DNA of 64,000 nucleotides from Candidatus Shapirobacteria bacterium (GTDB lineage Bacteria; Patescibacteriota; Microgenomatia; UBA12405), in the NCBI GenBank assembly GCA_028704635.1, contig JAQWFB010000002.1, positions 128,693 through 192,692 of the forward strand, written 5' to 3'. The notes below the pieces were generated by a model. That model saw nothing but the letters and a program-made list of their open reading frames with translations, was not told where the DNA came from and searched no databases. This document shows, piece by piece, positions 30,001 through 40,738 of the stretch. Made by a program: the position numbers and the translations under genes. How positions within the stretch are numbered: the first letter of the stretch is position 1; every line of letters begins with the position of its first letter.

Positions 30001-31935
30001 TTATTTCATCAACTCTTCAAACTCTTTCTGATCCAAACTTTCCTTTTCTGCTAAAACCTTAGCCAATTTATCTAATTTTTCTTTATTTTTTATTAATACC
30101 TTTTTAGCTTCAGTATAGGCTTCATCAATGAATTTTTTAATTTCCTCATCAATTTTACCTTGCATTTTATCCGAAAGCTTGGATGTCTCCATATAAGATT
30201 TACCAAAATCATTCACATCAATCTGTGACCCTAAATTAATTGGTCCAATATCACTCATTCCCCATTCAATCACCATATCTCTCGCAATATTGGTTGCATG
30301 TGAAATATCTGAGGAAGCTCCAGTTGTAATATCTTTAAAAATTATTTCTTCCGCCGCTCTTCCACCCATTGCCATCGCCATTTTTTTAATCAATTTACTT
30401 TTAGTATGATGAATAATATCTTTTTGTGGTGGCACTAAAGTGAATCCCAATGCCATCCCTCGAGAAATTATGGAAATTTTTGACACTGGATCTAAATCTT
30501 CCACATAATTCACAATCGCATGACCTGCCTCATGATAAGCCGTCATTAATTTATCTTCATCACTTTGACTTCGTCTTTTTTCTGCTCCCAATTTCACTTT
30601 TAAACTCGCCTCATCAATATCCTTCATTCCAATTTTAGTTTTGTCTAATCTCGCCGCTCCAATTGCCGCCTCATTTAACATATTTTCCAACTCTGCTCCT
30701 GAAAAACCCACCGTTGATTTAGCCACTGTTTCCCAATTAACCTCTTCTTCAAACGGTTTACCTTTAGCATGTATTTTTAAAATTTCTTGTCTTGCTTCCA
30801 AATCTGGTAATTCTAATACCACCCTTCGGTCAAATCGACCTGGTCTTAATAATGCTGGATCTAATAAATCTCCTCGATTAGTTGCCGCCAACACCACCAC
30901 TGCCGAATTTGGTTCAAATCCATCCATTTCCACTAAAATCTGATTTAAAGTCTGCTCCCTTTCACTGTTTCCTCCTTCCATTCCTCCTCTCACTCTACCA
31001 ATCGCATCAATTTCATCAATAAAAATAATTGCCTTTCCTGCTTTTTTAGCTGTTCCAAATAAATCACGAACCCGAGAAGCTCCTACCCCTACCAACATTT
31101 CCATGAATTCAGACCCCGCCATACTATAAAATGGCACTCCAGCCTCTCCAGCCACCGCTTTTGCCAATAAAGTTTTACCAACTCCGCTTGGTCCAACTAA
31201 AAGCACTCCTTTAGGCGCTCTCGCCCCCATTTTTTGATATTTTTCTGGGTGTTTCAAAAAATCAACTATTTCCACTAAATCATTTTTAGCTTCTTCCACT
31301 CCTGCCACATCTTTAAAAGTTAAACTCTGTTTTCCTTTTATAAATAATTTTGCCGTCGATTTTCCAAAACCAAACACTCCACCACCAGCTCCACCACTCT
31401 GCTTTTTAAATAACCATAAAATAAACATTATTGGTAATCCCACTGATAAAACCAAAGTCAATATTTCTCCCAACATTTTCCATCCTTGTCTATTTTCTAT
31501 TTGTAAATTTACCGTTGATAAATTTACTCCTTCTTTCTGTAATATTTCCGTCATCGAAATATCCACCTCTTTTGAAGCTACTAAAATTTTCTTCTCATTC
31601 TTTAATGTTGCCACTATTTGACTATCAGCCACCACTATTTTTTCCACTTCATTATTTTTAGTTTTTTGAATCACTTCCGAAATCGGCACCTGAGAAACCG
31701 TCTCTGGCACTAAAAATTGCATCAATACCGACAAAATCCAATAACCCAAAATCAAATAAATTAAAAATTTCACTATCTGTTTTGGTCCAATTTCAATTCT
31801 CTTAATCTTTACCCCCGGTGGTAATTTATCTAAAAGTTCCTTAGGTATTTGATTTTTATTGTTCTGTTTTGGAGAATTTTTCTTTTCCAGCTTTGGTTTT
31901 TTTATTTTTTTCTTTAAATCTTCAAAAAATTTCAT
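30001..31935 (-). CDS. ftsH: ATP-dependent zinc metalloprotease FtsH
   Basis: Two TMs, GPSGVGKT, IFIDEIDA, RPGRFDR, HEAGH. Confidence 0.97.
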   Translation of the reverse strand: MKFFEDLKKKIKKPKLEKKNSPKQNNKNQIPKELLDKLPPGVKIKRIEIGPKQIVKFLIYLILGYWILSVLMQFLVPETVSQVPISEVIQKTKNNEVEKIVVADSQIVATLKNEKKILVASKEVDISMTEILQKEGVNLSTVNLQIENRQGWKMLGEILTLVLSVGLPIMFILWLFKKQSGGAGGGVFGFGKSTAKLFIKGKQSLTFKDVAGVEEAKNDLVEIVDFLKHPEKYQKMGARAPKGVLLVGPSGVGKTLLAKAVAGEAGVPFYSMAGSEFMEMLVGVGASRVRDLFGTAKKAGKAIIFIDEIDAIGRVRGGMEGGNSEREQTLNQILVEMDGFEPNSAVVVLAATNRGDLLDPALLRPGRFDRRVVLELPDLEARQEILKIHAKGKPFEEEVNWETVAKSTVGFSGAELENMLNEAAIGAARLDKTKIGMKDIDEASLKVKLGAEKRRSQSDEDKLMTAYHEAGHAIVNYVEDLDPVSKISIISRGMALGFTLVPPQKDIIHHTKSKLIKKMAMAMGGRAAEEIIFKDITTGASSDISHATNIARDMVIEWGMSDIGPINLGSQIDVNDFGKSYMETSKLSDKMQGKIDEEIKKFIDEAYTEAKKVLIKNKEKLDKLAKVLAEKESLDQKEFEELMK

Positions 31936-32027
31936 CCCATGATTATACCATCAAATTTGGTTCAAAAAATTAAAAAATAAAGACTTCCGCCCTTTTTAAG
32001 GGAGGATGTCCGCAGGACAGGAGGGTT

Positions 32028-32339
32028 TTATCTTCCAATATTATTCACTAACTCCAACAATAATTCCCTATTATCCCTTTTACCTCGATTATCTTCGGCT
32101 GCCTTCACCCAAAATTCATGATTACATTTTTCACATTTATAAAAAATTCTAAAACTATCATTTCGATATTCCGCTGCTTCTGGTCTCATCAACCCTCCAC
32201 ATTGACTTGCCCTATCTCCTGGAATTATTTCATCAACATGTTTTCCCCATAAACAATTTGGACAATGGTCTGTTGTTCCATTTCCAATTACCTTTTCCCC
32301 ACATACTTCACAAACAAAATCCTCCACCACTTTTTTCAT
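32028..32339 (-). CDS. RNHCP-domain zinc-binding protein
   Basis: F.CEVCG...TDHCPNCLW.KHVD..PGDRA..CGG.M....C..C. Confidence 0.8.
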   Translation of the reverse strand: MKKVVEDFVCEVCGEKVIGNGTTDHCPNCLWGKHVDEIIPGDRASQCGGLMRPEAAEYRNDSFRIFYKCEKCNHEFWVKAAEDNRGKRDNRELLLELVNNIGR

Positions 32340-32397
32340 AACCCAAATTAACAATTTAAGTCTCCCTTGTCAAAGGGAGATTTAGAGGGATTGGTTT

Positions 32398-35300
32398 TTA
32401 TTTTCCCAACTCCACTCCCATCCTAATATCCTTATTCAATTTCTGATTAAACAATAATTTTCCCCCCACCATACTCGCCTGTGGTTCTACTTGTAATGGT
32501 TGCCAATCTCTTGGAAAAGATACCAACGTCACTAATCCAGTATCTCCAAATCCAGATTGTTTCTGGACATAGCTTATATAAGAAAATTTATCTTTACCTG
32601 TCAAATTATTTGCACTAGAATATTTTATTTCCACTGTTTCTTTACTCAAAATTGGTACTGCCACCAAAAACCCCACTTCTTTTTTTCCATTAATTTCCTT
32701 GATTCTAATTTCATCAGCTGTATAAATTTTTCTTGAATTAGTCTTATCATCAATCACACTAATTTGCGATAAATTAACATCAATTGGTAAATAAATTCTT
32801 AAATAATTTTTATATTCGCCACCCGGAAAATCATTACTTTTAGCCATATTTTCATAATTAACCTTCAATGTCCTCTCCACTAAACTTTCATTAATATCTA
32901 CTACCTGTTCCATACTTCTAGATAAAAAATAATTTGTTTTATTCACCCCAAAATTAGAATCCACTACAAATAAATAATCTGAAAAACAATTCTCTTTTGT
33001 ACATTTTCCTTGATACATTGTTCCATCCCATCCTAAATCAGCCGCCAATTTAGCTATTTTACCATTATTAAAAGCCAATTGGATTTCATTTTTTTCCAAT
33101 AAATCCACTAAAGAAGAAACTAATTCTAATTGTTGTTTTGCTTTTAATCCCTTTATTTCTTCAAACATCTGACTTCCTAAAGTTCCTAAAAAACTCGCCT
33201 TCTGGGTCGATCCCGGAAAAAATTTACTTTCCGAATAATATTCCGCTTGTTCATATAAATTATCCTTAGTAATTTTTTCTTTAAAATCGGTCACATTAAT
33301 TTCTCCAATCACCCCTACAATTGCTTTCGCCACTGCCAAATTAATTCCAATCACCCCATCTACTTTTTTATTAATTTCTTGACTCAAAAACCATTGAATA
33401 TCTGCTGAAGCCTTTACAAAATCCGGATTCCAATTAGCATCTCTCATAAACCAGTTTGCTTCTCCCAAATAATTTTTTATTTCTATTGGCGGTTCCACAT
33501 GTCCTTTTAACTGACCATCAGCTTCATAAACATCTTTCACTTCAAAATTCAAAAGTTTTCCATTTTGAAAACTCAAAATTGCATAACTTCCAATAAATCC
33601 TCCTGTTGCTCGCAATTCCGCTTCATTTTGAAGTAACACTAAATATTCCCTCTTTCTTCCATCTAAACCCAACATTTCTGGCAAAATTTTCATTCCTTTC
33701 GACACTAAATTCAATTTTTCTTTTATTTCCTTTAAACCTTGGGCTTCTTTTTGCAAAGATATTCTCCATTTTGCCGGCATCCAGCTATAATCACCATTCA
33801 GTCTTGCTAAAACCAAACCCAACTCATTATCAAAATTAATTAAATATTCCTCTTCTTTACTTAACTCGTCAGAAAAATTTATTTCTCTTTCTTTAAAAAT
33901 TGCCTGGCTTATTAAATCCGCACTTTGACTAATTACAATCGCATCTTTTTCTAAATTTAAAACATCTTCCCCTATTTTAAGTAACGTTTGATAATTTCTA
34001 ACTATTTTAAATTTATTCAACCCCCAATCATCAATTTGCTGATCAATATCTTTGATCCTAATTAAATTTTTATCCGCCAAAATTTCTACCTGCTTATATT
34101 TTTTCGCTTCAATTAAAGTTACATTTTCTTTAATATTATTACAAGCCAAAACTGTTAATATCGTCCATTTTACAGGCAATATTAATAACAAAACTACTAA
34201 AAATAAAACCCACCACTTCAATTTGGCCGAAATTTTCAAAACTGGCATTTTTCTTTTCGGTTTTACTTCCACTTCTTTTTTAATCCCTCCATTTTCAAGG
34301 GAGGGAAATTCCGCTACAGCGGAATGGGTGGGTTTTATTATTTCATCTTCAAAACTATCGTCAAATTCCTCAATAATTTTTTTTGAATTCTCCCTTTCTT
34401 TAAGGGGAGATGTCTCCGCAATAGCGGAGACAGAGGGGTTTTGAATTGACTTTACTTTCTCAACCTCCAACCCCATCTTTTTTTGCTTATAAAAACTTTC
34501 TATCTCTTCCATCGGCTCCTCGTTCTTAATCTTAACTTCTTCTTGTTCATCTTCCACTACCACTTCCATCTTTCTTTTATTAACTTCCTTTTTAATCGGT
34601 TCCGACTCTTTTTTTATAGCCTCCCCTGTTTCAGCCAAAGGCTGATCGGCCTCTGGTCGAAAGGGAGGTTTGGAGGGTTTTTTAGGTTTTCTACTTTCTT
34701 CATCAGCCCTCGAAAAAAAATATTGCAAAGTTTCTGTTATTCCACCTTTAAAATCACTTTTTGGCTCCCATCGTAATTTTCTTACTGACTCCCTTAGTCT
34801 TTCCTCATCGATTTTTTCAATTTCAATCTCCTTTTGCATCACTTTATACCTTGTCATTTTTGCCTCATCTATCAACACTTTTGCCACTTCCTCACTATTT
34901 GTTTCCTCCCCTAAAATCAAAAATTTCTCCTTCTCTGTTCCCGATAAAAAACTCGCTCTTAAAATTGCTTCAACCAAATCTTCGATTGCTAAAATTCTAA
35001 ATTTACTTTTTAAACTTGGTAACACCAAATTTTTATTAACTACCGCCAATTTTATTGCCTCTGCTAAAAAATTATTTTCATCCATTCCTGGACCATAAAC
35101 TCCCTCTGCCTCCACCATTCTCCAATTTAAATTTAAATCATCTAAATCATCTTTTAAAAATTCCGCTCTCTCTCTATCGTTCACACAAACTAAAGTAATT
35201 TTTTCCCCTTTAAACTGATCTGTTTTCCACAGGTTTTTATCTCCCAAAAAATCAAAAACATAATTAAATTTACCACTAACTTCCGACAAATCCATCAATA

Positions 35301-35448
35301 ATTCAAAATTCTTTATATCACTTAATCCTGCCACATATTCCCCTACCCCGACCACATTTATATCTTTATTTGATAATTCTTCCGCCAACTTTTTAGCCGC
35401 AAATTGATCTATCCCAATAATTAAAGCGTAAGGCAATGCCGGATTCAT
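32398..35448 (-). CDS. Fusion of a degenerate NAD-dependent epimerase-like domain, a low-complexity linker and a DUF4012 domain
   Basis: N-terminal VYGPGM, I.DLVEAI. C-terminal YLVLLQNEAELRATGGFIGSY, RDANW.PDF, DGVI, NFGVNK.N. Confidence 0.8.
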   Translation of the reverse strand: MNPALPYALIIGIDQFAAKKLAEELSNKDINVVGVGEYVAGLSDIKNFELLMDLSEVSGKFNYVFDFLGDKNLWKTDQFKGEKITLVCVNDRERAEFLKDDLDDLNLNWRMVEAEGVYGPGMDENNFLAEAIKLAVVNKNLVLPSLKSKFRILAIEDLVEAILRASFLSGTEKEKFLILGEETNSEEVAKVLIDEAKMTRYKVMQKEIEIEKIDEERLRESVRKLRWEPKSDFKGGITETLQYFFSRADEESRKPKKPSKPPFRPEADQPLAETGEAIKKESEPIKKEVNKRKMEVVVEDEQEEVKIKNEEPMEEIESFYKQKKMGLEVEKVKSIQNPSVSAIAETSPLKERENSKKIIEEFDDSFEDEIIKPTHSAVAEFPSLENGGIKKEVEVKPKRKMPVLKISAKLKWWVLFLVVLLLILPVKWTILTVLACNNIKENVTLIEAKKYKQVEILADKNLIRIKDIDQQIDDWGLNKFKIVRNYQTLLKIGEDVLNLEKDAIVISQSADLISQAIFKEREINFSDELSKEEEYLINFDNELGLVLARLNGDYSWMPAKWRISLQKEAQGLKEIKEKLNLVSKGMKILPEMLGLDGRKREYLVLLQNEAELRATGGFIGSYAILSFQNGKLLNFEVKDVYEADGQLKGHVEPPIEIKNYLGEANWFMRDANWNPDFVKASADIQWFLSQEINKKVDGVIGINLAVAKAIVGVIGEINVTDFKEKITKDNLYEQAEYYSESKFFPGSTQKASFLGTLGSQMFEEIKGLKAKQQLELVSSLVDLLEKNEIQLAFNNGKIAKLAADLGWDGTMYQGKCTKENCFSDYLFVVDSNFGVNKTNYFLSRSMEQVVDINESLVERTLKVNYENMAKSNDFPGGEYKNYLRIYLPIDVNLSQISVIDDKTNSRKIYTADEIRIKEINGKKEVGFLVAVPILSKETVEIKYSSANNLTGKDKFSYISYVQKQSGFGDTGLVTLVSFPRDWQPLQVEPQASMVGGKLLFNQKLNKDIRMGVELGK
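34285..34680 (+). repeat. Three family A elements in-frame in the DUF4012 protein linker
   Basis: Copies at 34285-34334, 34388-34441 and 34619-34680 encode PTHSAVAEFPSLENGG, NPSVSAIAETSPLKERE and KPSKPPFRPEADQPLAETGEA. Confidence 0.8.
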
Positions 35449-35481
35449 ACCCTTATTTTAAACTAAATCCATTCAAAAAAA

Positions 35482-35698
35482 GCCTCCCTGTCAAGGGAGG
35501 TGTCGAACAAAGTGAGACGGAGGGTTTAAATTTCAAAATTCCTTGCGGTTATATTTCGGCAATTATGCGGTTATTACCTTTAAAATATGTTCTGATTTTT
35601 ATTATTTATACCTCTGAAACGTGAAAAAACGTCATAACCCAATTAAAAACAATCACCCTGTTAAGGGAGATGTCTCGTAGCTGCGGGACAGAGGGTTT
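35482..35698 (+). repeat. Two intergenic family A elements
   Basis: cctccctgtcaagggagg... at 35482 and ccctgttaagggagatgtc... at 35655. Confidence 0.8.
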
Positions 35699-35836
35699 GA
35701 ACCTTAAAAAGAAAAACTAACCAAGATGGGTGAAGTTAAAAACGTCCGAACCAGTTCCAAATGGCTAAAATTAAAATTCAAAATCTGTACTGATTTTAAG
35801 TAGGGGAATATATCAAAAATTATTATTTTTATAATA

Positions 35837-35920
35837 AAATTTTGAAGTTGCTATTTTTTCGTGCTTTGAACACGCCAGTATTCACGCAAAGAAAAAATAC
35901 GTAACGAAAAATTTAAAATA
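35837..35920 (+). repeat. Family D long hairpin, copy 2
   Basis: agttgc-tattttttc...tgaacac-gcca-gtattca...gaaaaaata-cgtaac. Confidence 0.6.
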
Positions 35921-35925
35921 AAAAA

Positions 35926-37143
35926 TTAAAGAGACCTTCTTTTCAACGCTAAAATCGTCAACACACACGCCACCGCTTCTGATAAACCCGTCACCCAAGC
36001 CGCTCCTACAATTCCGAATCTCGGAATCACTAATAAATTACCAGTAAAATTGACTACTAAAGTTATCAACCCTAAAATCAGAATTTGTTTTTGTCCACCT
36101 TTAGCAATCAAAGTAAAACCAAATAGGTGATTAATATAAGAGAAAAAGAGGGGAATTAAAAGAATTCTTAAAACTACTACTGATGATTCATAACCATTTC
36201 CCGCTAATATTTTAATCATTAATGGCGCCAACCAATAAGCGAGGGGAATTATTACCACCAATGATCCTAATACAATCCAAGTTGACCATTTAAATAAACT
36301 TCTTTTATTCTCTGATTTACCCGAAAAAACTGGAAAAATACTATTCACAAAATAATAAGCCGGTTGCACCATATTAGAATAAATTTTATAAGCCAATCCA
36401 TAGAAAGCTACTTCTTTAACTCCAATAAATTTATCAATCATTAATGAATCAATTGCTCTGTCATATCCAGTAAATATCAACATATAAACACCCATTGGCC
36501 ATGATTCTTTCAAAAAATTTAAAACAAATTTTTTATTTAAAATTTCTAATTTAAACCCACTCAAAACTTTTTTGAGCAATTTCCAACCAATACTTAAACT
36601 TAAAATCCTAGCTATTAAATAAACCCCAAACACCCACATTAAACTAATTGAATCGTGCCAAACCAATAAAACTATTAAAAATAGTAATGGGAAAATAATA
36701 TCAATCAATACTTTTAAATCCATTCTCAATTCTGTCTGAAAAATTATTTCCAAACTTCCAGCCACCGATGTAAACCAAATCATCATTAAAGCCACTAAAA
36801 CTTCACCTTTAATTGATACAAAACCACCCCAACTAAAAATTAAAATTATTCCCAAAATAAAAGCTACTAATGTCGTCAATAATCTTGCCCAAGTTACCTG
36901 CATAAATAATTGATTCCTTTCCTTACTATCCTTTCCCGAAGCTTCTTTTACTCCTATCACTTTTGTTCCAAAATCCGATATTGAATCCAACAGTAATAGC
37001 ACTGATGTTACCAAAATATAACTACCATAAACATCAGCTCCCAATTTCCTCGTCAATAAACCAGTCGTCACTAAACTAATTAAAACCGTAATTCCTTTAG
37101 CCACAATCTGCACCCAGGTATTTAACAGCGACTTTTTCAACAT
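35926..37143 (-). CDS. Wzx/polysaccharide flippase family protein
   Basis: LTRKLG...YG, DFG, ID..MI....G...V..Y..AY, LIPRFGIVGAAW. About 12 TMs. Confidence 0.85.
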   Translation of the reverse strand: MLKKSLLNTWVQIVAKGITVLISLVTTGLLTRKLGADVYGSYILVTSVLLLLDSISDFGTKVIGVKEASGKDSKERNQLFMQVTWARLLTTLVAFILGIILIFSWGGFVSIKGEVLVALMMIWFTSVAGSLEIIFQTELRMDLKVLIDIIFPLLFLIVLLVWHDSISLMWVFGVYLIARILSLSIGWKLLKKVLSGFKLEILNKKFVLNFLKESWPMGVYMLIFTGYDRAIDSLMIDKFIGVKEVAFYGLAYKIYSNMVQPAYYFVNSIFPVFSGKSENKRSLFKWSTWIVLGSLVVIIPLAYWLAPLMIKILAGNGYESSVVVLRILLIPLFFSYINHLFGFTLIAKGGQKQILILGLITLVVNFTGNLLVIPRFGIVGAAWVTGLSEAVACVLTILALKRRSL

Positions 37144-37219
37144 TACCTATTTTATCTTAAAAAACAAAAGAAAAAGCCGCCCTGTCAAGGGAGGTGCCCC
37201 ACAAAGCGGGGCGGAGGGT

Positions 37220-38458
37220 TTAAACCAACCCCAATACTAATACTAACAACCAAACGTTTTGTGGTAAGGTCAACCAATAATGATCAACCATTCCACTTAT
37301 AATCACTATTCCTAAAATTATTTTAAAAATCCAATTTATTTTTTTTCTAGAAAAATTTTCACTAAAAAACAAAAACATTAAAGATAACCCCAATATTCCA
37401 ATCTCACTCCAAGCCAATATTAAAACATTATGAACCGGTTGTAACCAAAAAATTCCATTATTTTTCTGAAACTCGGGTAATCTCACTAAAAAATTACCCA
37501 AACCTACTCCAAATAAAGATGATTCTTTTATCATTTTTAATCCAGCTACATTTAATTGAATTCTTTTTCCAATTCCATCAGAATCCCATCCGCCTAAAAA
37601 ATCAGACACTTGATATTCCATATTTACCAATCTCAATCCAAAAATTATCACTCCCAAAACCAATAATATTAAACCCACAATATTAACCTTATTTTTTATA
37701 TTTTTTAATAAAAACCAAAAAATTAAACCCAAAGTCAAAATCCAAATTGTTCTACTCCCCGAAACCATTATTCCCAAAAATCCAAACCAAAAAACCATCC
37801 ACCACCAAGTCTTATTTATTTTCTCTCTTAACCACCACCATAATAATAAACTCACTAATAAAAATCCTGCCAAACTATTTGGGTGAGAAAAAGTTCCATA
37901 AGCTCTAATTAAACCTTTTCCAAAAACTGACATTTGGGCAATTCCAATTGTATTAAAACTAAAACTTCTTTCCCCTAACCAATAAAAAATTCCATTTAAA
38001 CTTCCACTTTTAGCCATTTGGGCCATCGCCAATAAACTCTCTAAAATGATCCAACAGGGGATAATTTTTATCAAATTTTCCTTAACTAATATTTTATTTT
38101 TTCTAAAATAAAAAAACGTTATCAATAATTGAACCACCCTTAACCATTTATAAACAGCCACCCACGGATTCACCGCCATCAAAATATTTATCCCCACAAA
38201 CACCGCTATTAAAAAATATTTAAATTTAAAAATTTTAGAAAGTCGCCCTGTCAAGGGAGATGTCCGCAGGACAGAGGGTTTAATCCAATTAAAAATCAAA
38301 ACTACCCAAACCAAATCTAATAAATACAAAGTAGGGGATAAATAATCAATTCTAATTCCCATTAAATAACTCCACTCTGGCCAAAAATGTTTACCTAATT
38401 GGGTCGGAATTAAAAGCAAAAATAAAAATAACCACACAACCCAATATAACACAATCAA
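37220..38458 (-). CDS. O-antigen ligase/Wzy-C family protein
   Basis: RAYGTFSHPNSLAGFL, SGSR, FGVGLGNF, PVHN...E.G..G. Start uncertain. Confidence 0.85.
   Translation of the reverse strand: MIVLYWVVWLFLFLLLIPTQLGKHFWPEWSYLMGIRIDYLSPTLYLLDLVWVVLIFNWIKPSVLRTSPLTGRLSKIFKFKYFLIAVFVGINILMAVNPWVAVYKWLRVVQLLITFFYFRKNKILVKENLIKIIPCWIILESLLAMAQMAKSGSLNGIFYWLGERSFSFNTIGIAQMSVFGKGLIRAYGTFSHPNSLAGFLLVSLLLWWWLREKINKTWWWMVFWFGFLGIMVSGSRTIWILTLGLIFWFLLKNIKNKVNIVGLILLVLGVIIFGLRLVNMEYQVSDFLGGWDSDGIGKRIQLNVAGLKMIKESSLFGVGLGNFLVRLPEFQKNNGIFWLQPVHNVLILAWSEIGILGLSLMFLFFSENFSRKKINWIFKIILGIVIISGMVDHYWLTLPQNVWLLVLVLGLV
38243..38282 (+). repeat. Family A element in-frame in the O-antigen ligase
   Basis: cgccctgtcaagggagatgtccgcaggacagaggg, encodes KPSVLRTSPLTGR. 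Confidence 0.8.
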
Positions 38459-38516
38459 GACTTCGCCCCTGTTAAGGGGAGATGTCCCGCAAACGGGACA
38501 GAGGGGTTTAATTCCT

Positions 38517-38984
38517 TTAGGCCTTCTTTATTACGATGTGTCTCTCTTCACCTTCACCCTCAGATTCACTCTCTATTCCTTCAATTTCTGCTAATACCAT
38601 ATGGCAAATTCTCCTTTCATAAGAGCTCATACTTGCCATTGCCATTGGATTACCAGTTTCTAATACTTTTTCTGCTAAAGACTTAACCATATTCTCTAAT
38701 CTTACTTTTTGTTCTCCTCGATAATTATTTACATCCAAAAGCACTCTAATTCCTTCACTAATTTGAGATCTAATAATCAAAGATAAAACAAATTGAATTG
38801 AAGCTAAATTTCGACCTCTAAAACCAATTAATCCCGCTGGATTTTTAACCGTTATTCCCACTAACACTTGATTTTCTTCTCCATCCATATCTTCCACAAA
38901 GGCTTTTTCCACCTCAAAATTCATTTTTTCTAAAAGTTCACAAGTGAATTTTAATATTTCTTCGTTTCTTTTTTTATTATCCAT
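38517..38984 (-). CDS. jag: Jag/EloR KH-R3H RNA-binding protein
   Basis: LIGFRGRNL.SIQ, DVNNYR, MSSYERRICH, SEGEGEERH. Downstream of yidC. Confidence 0.88.
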   Translation of the reverse strand: MDNKKRNEEILKFTCELLEKMNFEVEKAFVEDMDGEENQVLVGITVKNPAGLIGFRGRNLASIQFVLSLIIRSQISEGIRVLLDVNNYRGEQKVRLENMVKSLAEKVLETGNPMAMASMSSYERRICHMVLAEIEGIESESEGEGEERHIVIKKA

Positions 38985-39048
38985 AGTCGCTATTTTAACA
39001 CGAAAATTTTAAAAAAATTGCTCCCTTGTCAAGGGGAGCTGTCCCGAT

Positions 39049-39846
39049 TTATCGGGACTGAGGGGTTTTATTTATTTTATCAACCACTAATTGTTGAACT
39101 ACCATAAAACCTGAGGTTATAAACCAATACAATAATAATCCCAATGAAAAACTCCAACCAATAAAAATTGTCATCAATGGCATAAAGTAAGTTGATTGAG
39201 TCCTCATCATCGCCATCATATCATCCTCTTTATCTTTAGTTGCATCAGCAATCGATTCGCTTACTTTTGGTGCCGGCATCATCAATTTAGCACTTAAATA
39301 TTGTAAAAACCCTGAACCAATCAAAAGTATTAATGGTAATATTAAACCCGAATCCATTCCTTGAGAAAATATCTTTGCTGGAGTCTGTACTAAATCAGAA
39401 CCAAAAAAACTCATATCAAATTTAAAATTTTGATCAATTCTAAAAGACTGAATTAAATTACTATTAATCTTTTCTAAAGGAACTTTCCCTTCAGAAAAAA
39501 GGCTCACCATATTAAAAGCATAGAAAAATAAAAGTAGCACCGCTATTTGAATAATCTGAGGCAAACAACCAGACATCGGGTTAACTCCTTCTTGTTTGTA
39601 AAGATCCATTTGGGCTTTAGCTAAAGCTTGTTTATCTTTTCCAAATTTCTCTTTTAGTTTATTTAGTTTTGGCTGTAACTCTCTTATTTTTTGGGCCGAT
39701 TTCAAACTTGGCATTACCAGTGGTAATAAAACTAATCTAATTATCACTGTCACTATAATTATGGCCAATCCAAAATTACCAATCATATAATAAACAGCAA
39801 ACAAGGCATTTACAAACGGGGCTAGAAATAAATTCATATCGTTCAT
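39049..39846 (-). CDS. yidC: Membrane protein insertase YidC
   Basis: G.AII..TVIIR..L.PL, LQP, NP.SGCLP..IQ, GL.LYW. Confidence 0.93.
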   Translation of the reverse strand: MNDMNLFLAPFVNALFAVYYMIGNFGLAIIIVTVIIRLVLLPLVMPSLKSAQKIRELQPKLNKLKEKFGKDKQALAKAQMDLYKQEGVNPMSGCLPQIIQIAVLLLFFYAFNMVSLFSEGKVPLEKINSNLIQSFRIDQNFKFDMSFFGSDLVQTPAKIFSQGMDSGLILPLILLIGSGFLQYLSAKLMMPAPKVSESIADATKDKEDDMMAMMRTQSTYFMPLMTIFIGWSFSLGLLLYWFITSGFMVVQQLVVDKINKTPQSR

Positions 39847-40055
39847 TCTACCAAATCGACTCCACCTTTTGATAGGGGGTTACATTTTAAAATCCTTTTA
39901 AAACCTAAAACTAAACCCTTCATTACCCCATATTTTTTCACGGCCAAATAAGTATATTCCGAACAAGTCGGAGTAAACCGACAATGATTCCCAATTCCCA
40001 TTCCAGAAATATATTTCCTGTAAAACACCAGCATCTTTAAAACAATTTTTTTCAT
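39843..40055 (-). CDS. yidD: Membrane protein insertion efficiency factor YidD
   Basis: CRFTPTCSEY...A..KYG..KG......RI.KCNP...GG.D. Confidence 0.95.
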   Translation of the reverse strand: MKKIVLKMLVFYRKYISGMGIGNHCRFTPTCSEYTYLAVKKYGVMKGLVLGFKRILKCNPLSKGGVDLVE

Positions 40056-40381
40056 TTTATGAATTTTTCCACTTCCTTTTCAACTTCATCATACTTTTTA
40101 CCTAAAATTTCTTTCTTCATCAAAAAAATTATTCTAGTCCCATTTTCAAATCTTTCTAAATTTTCTCGCACCACTTCCGATAGAATTCTTCTAATTTTAT
40201 TTCTGTCCACCGCCCTTTTGGAAATTTTTTTTGATACTATAAACCCAAATTTTTTCTGGTCATCATTTTCTTTACAAGTCAAAAAACCAAAAAGAGGGGA
40301 GTATAAAATTCTCCCTTTATTTTTAATTTCTGTAAATTCTTTTTTTAACCTAATTCTATTTTCTCTTTTCAACACCACCAA
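40052..40381 (-). CDS. rnpA: Ribonuclease P protein component
   Basis: FGFIVSKKISKRAVDRNKIRR motif. Located between rpmH and yidD. Confidence 0.93.
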   Translation of the reverse strand: MVVLKRENRIRLKKEFTEIKNKGRILYSPLFGFLTCKENDDQKKFGFIVSKKISKRAVDRNKIRRILSEVVRENLERFENGTRIIFLMKKEILGKKYDEVEKEVEKFIK

Positions 40382-40392
40382 TTATACTAAAA

Positions 40393-40530
40393 TTAGCCAG
40401 TTATTTTCTTTCTACCCTTAGCTCTTCTTCTTTTAAGCACATTTCTACCATCATGATCCATCATTCTTTTTAAAAATCCATGAACTCGGGCATGTTTTTT
40501 TGCTTTTCGTTGTAAAGTCATTTTTGTCAT
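40393..40530 (-). CDS. rpmH: 50S ribosomal protein L34
   Basis: Manual translation MTKMTLQRKAKKHARVHGFLKRMMDHDGRNVLKRRRAKGRKKITG. Divergent from dnaA. Confidence 0.93.
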   Translation of the reverse strand: MTKMTLQRKAKKHARVHGFLKRMMDHDGRNVLKRRRAKGRKKITG

Positions 40531-40738
40531 AGCTGCTATTTTAACATAAAATAATCACCAAAACAGCCTCCCTGTTAAGGGAGGTGCCCGCAGGGCGAAG
40601 GGTTTAATTTGATATCTTTTCTTTTGTGGAAAACTCATCTAATATAAACATTACCCCAATCGATTTTTCCACAATTTCGATTTTAAATTCCTGCCTATTT
40701 AACCGTTATTTTTTATGTTGTAAATTTTACAATCCATT

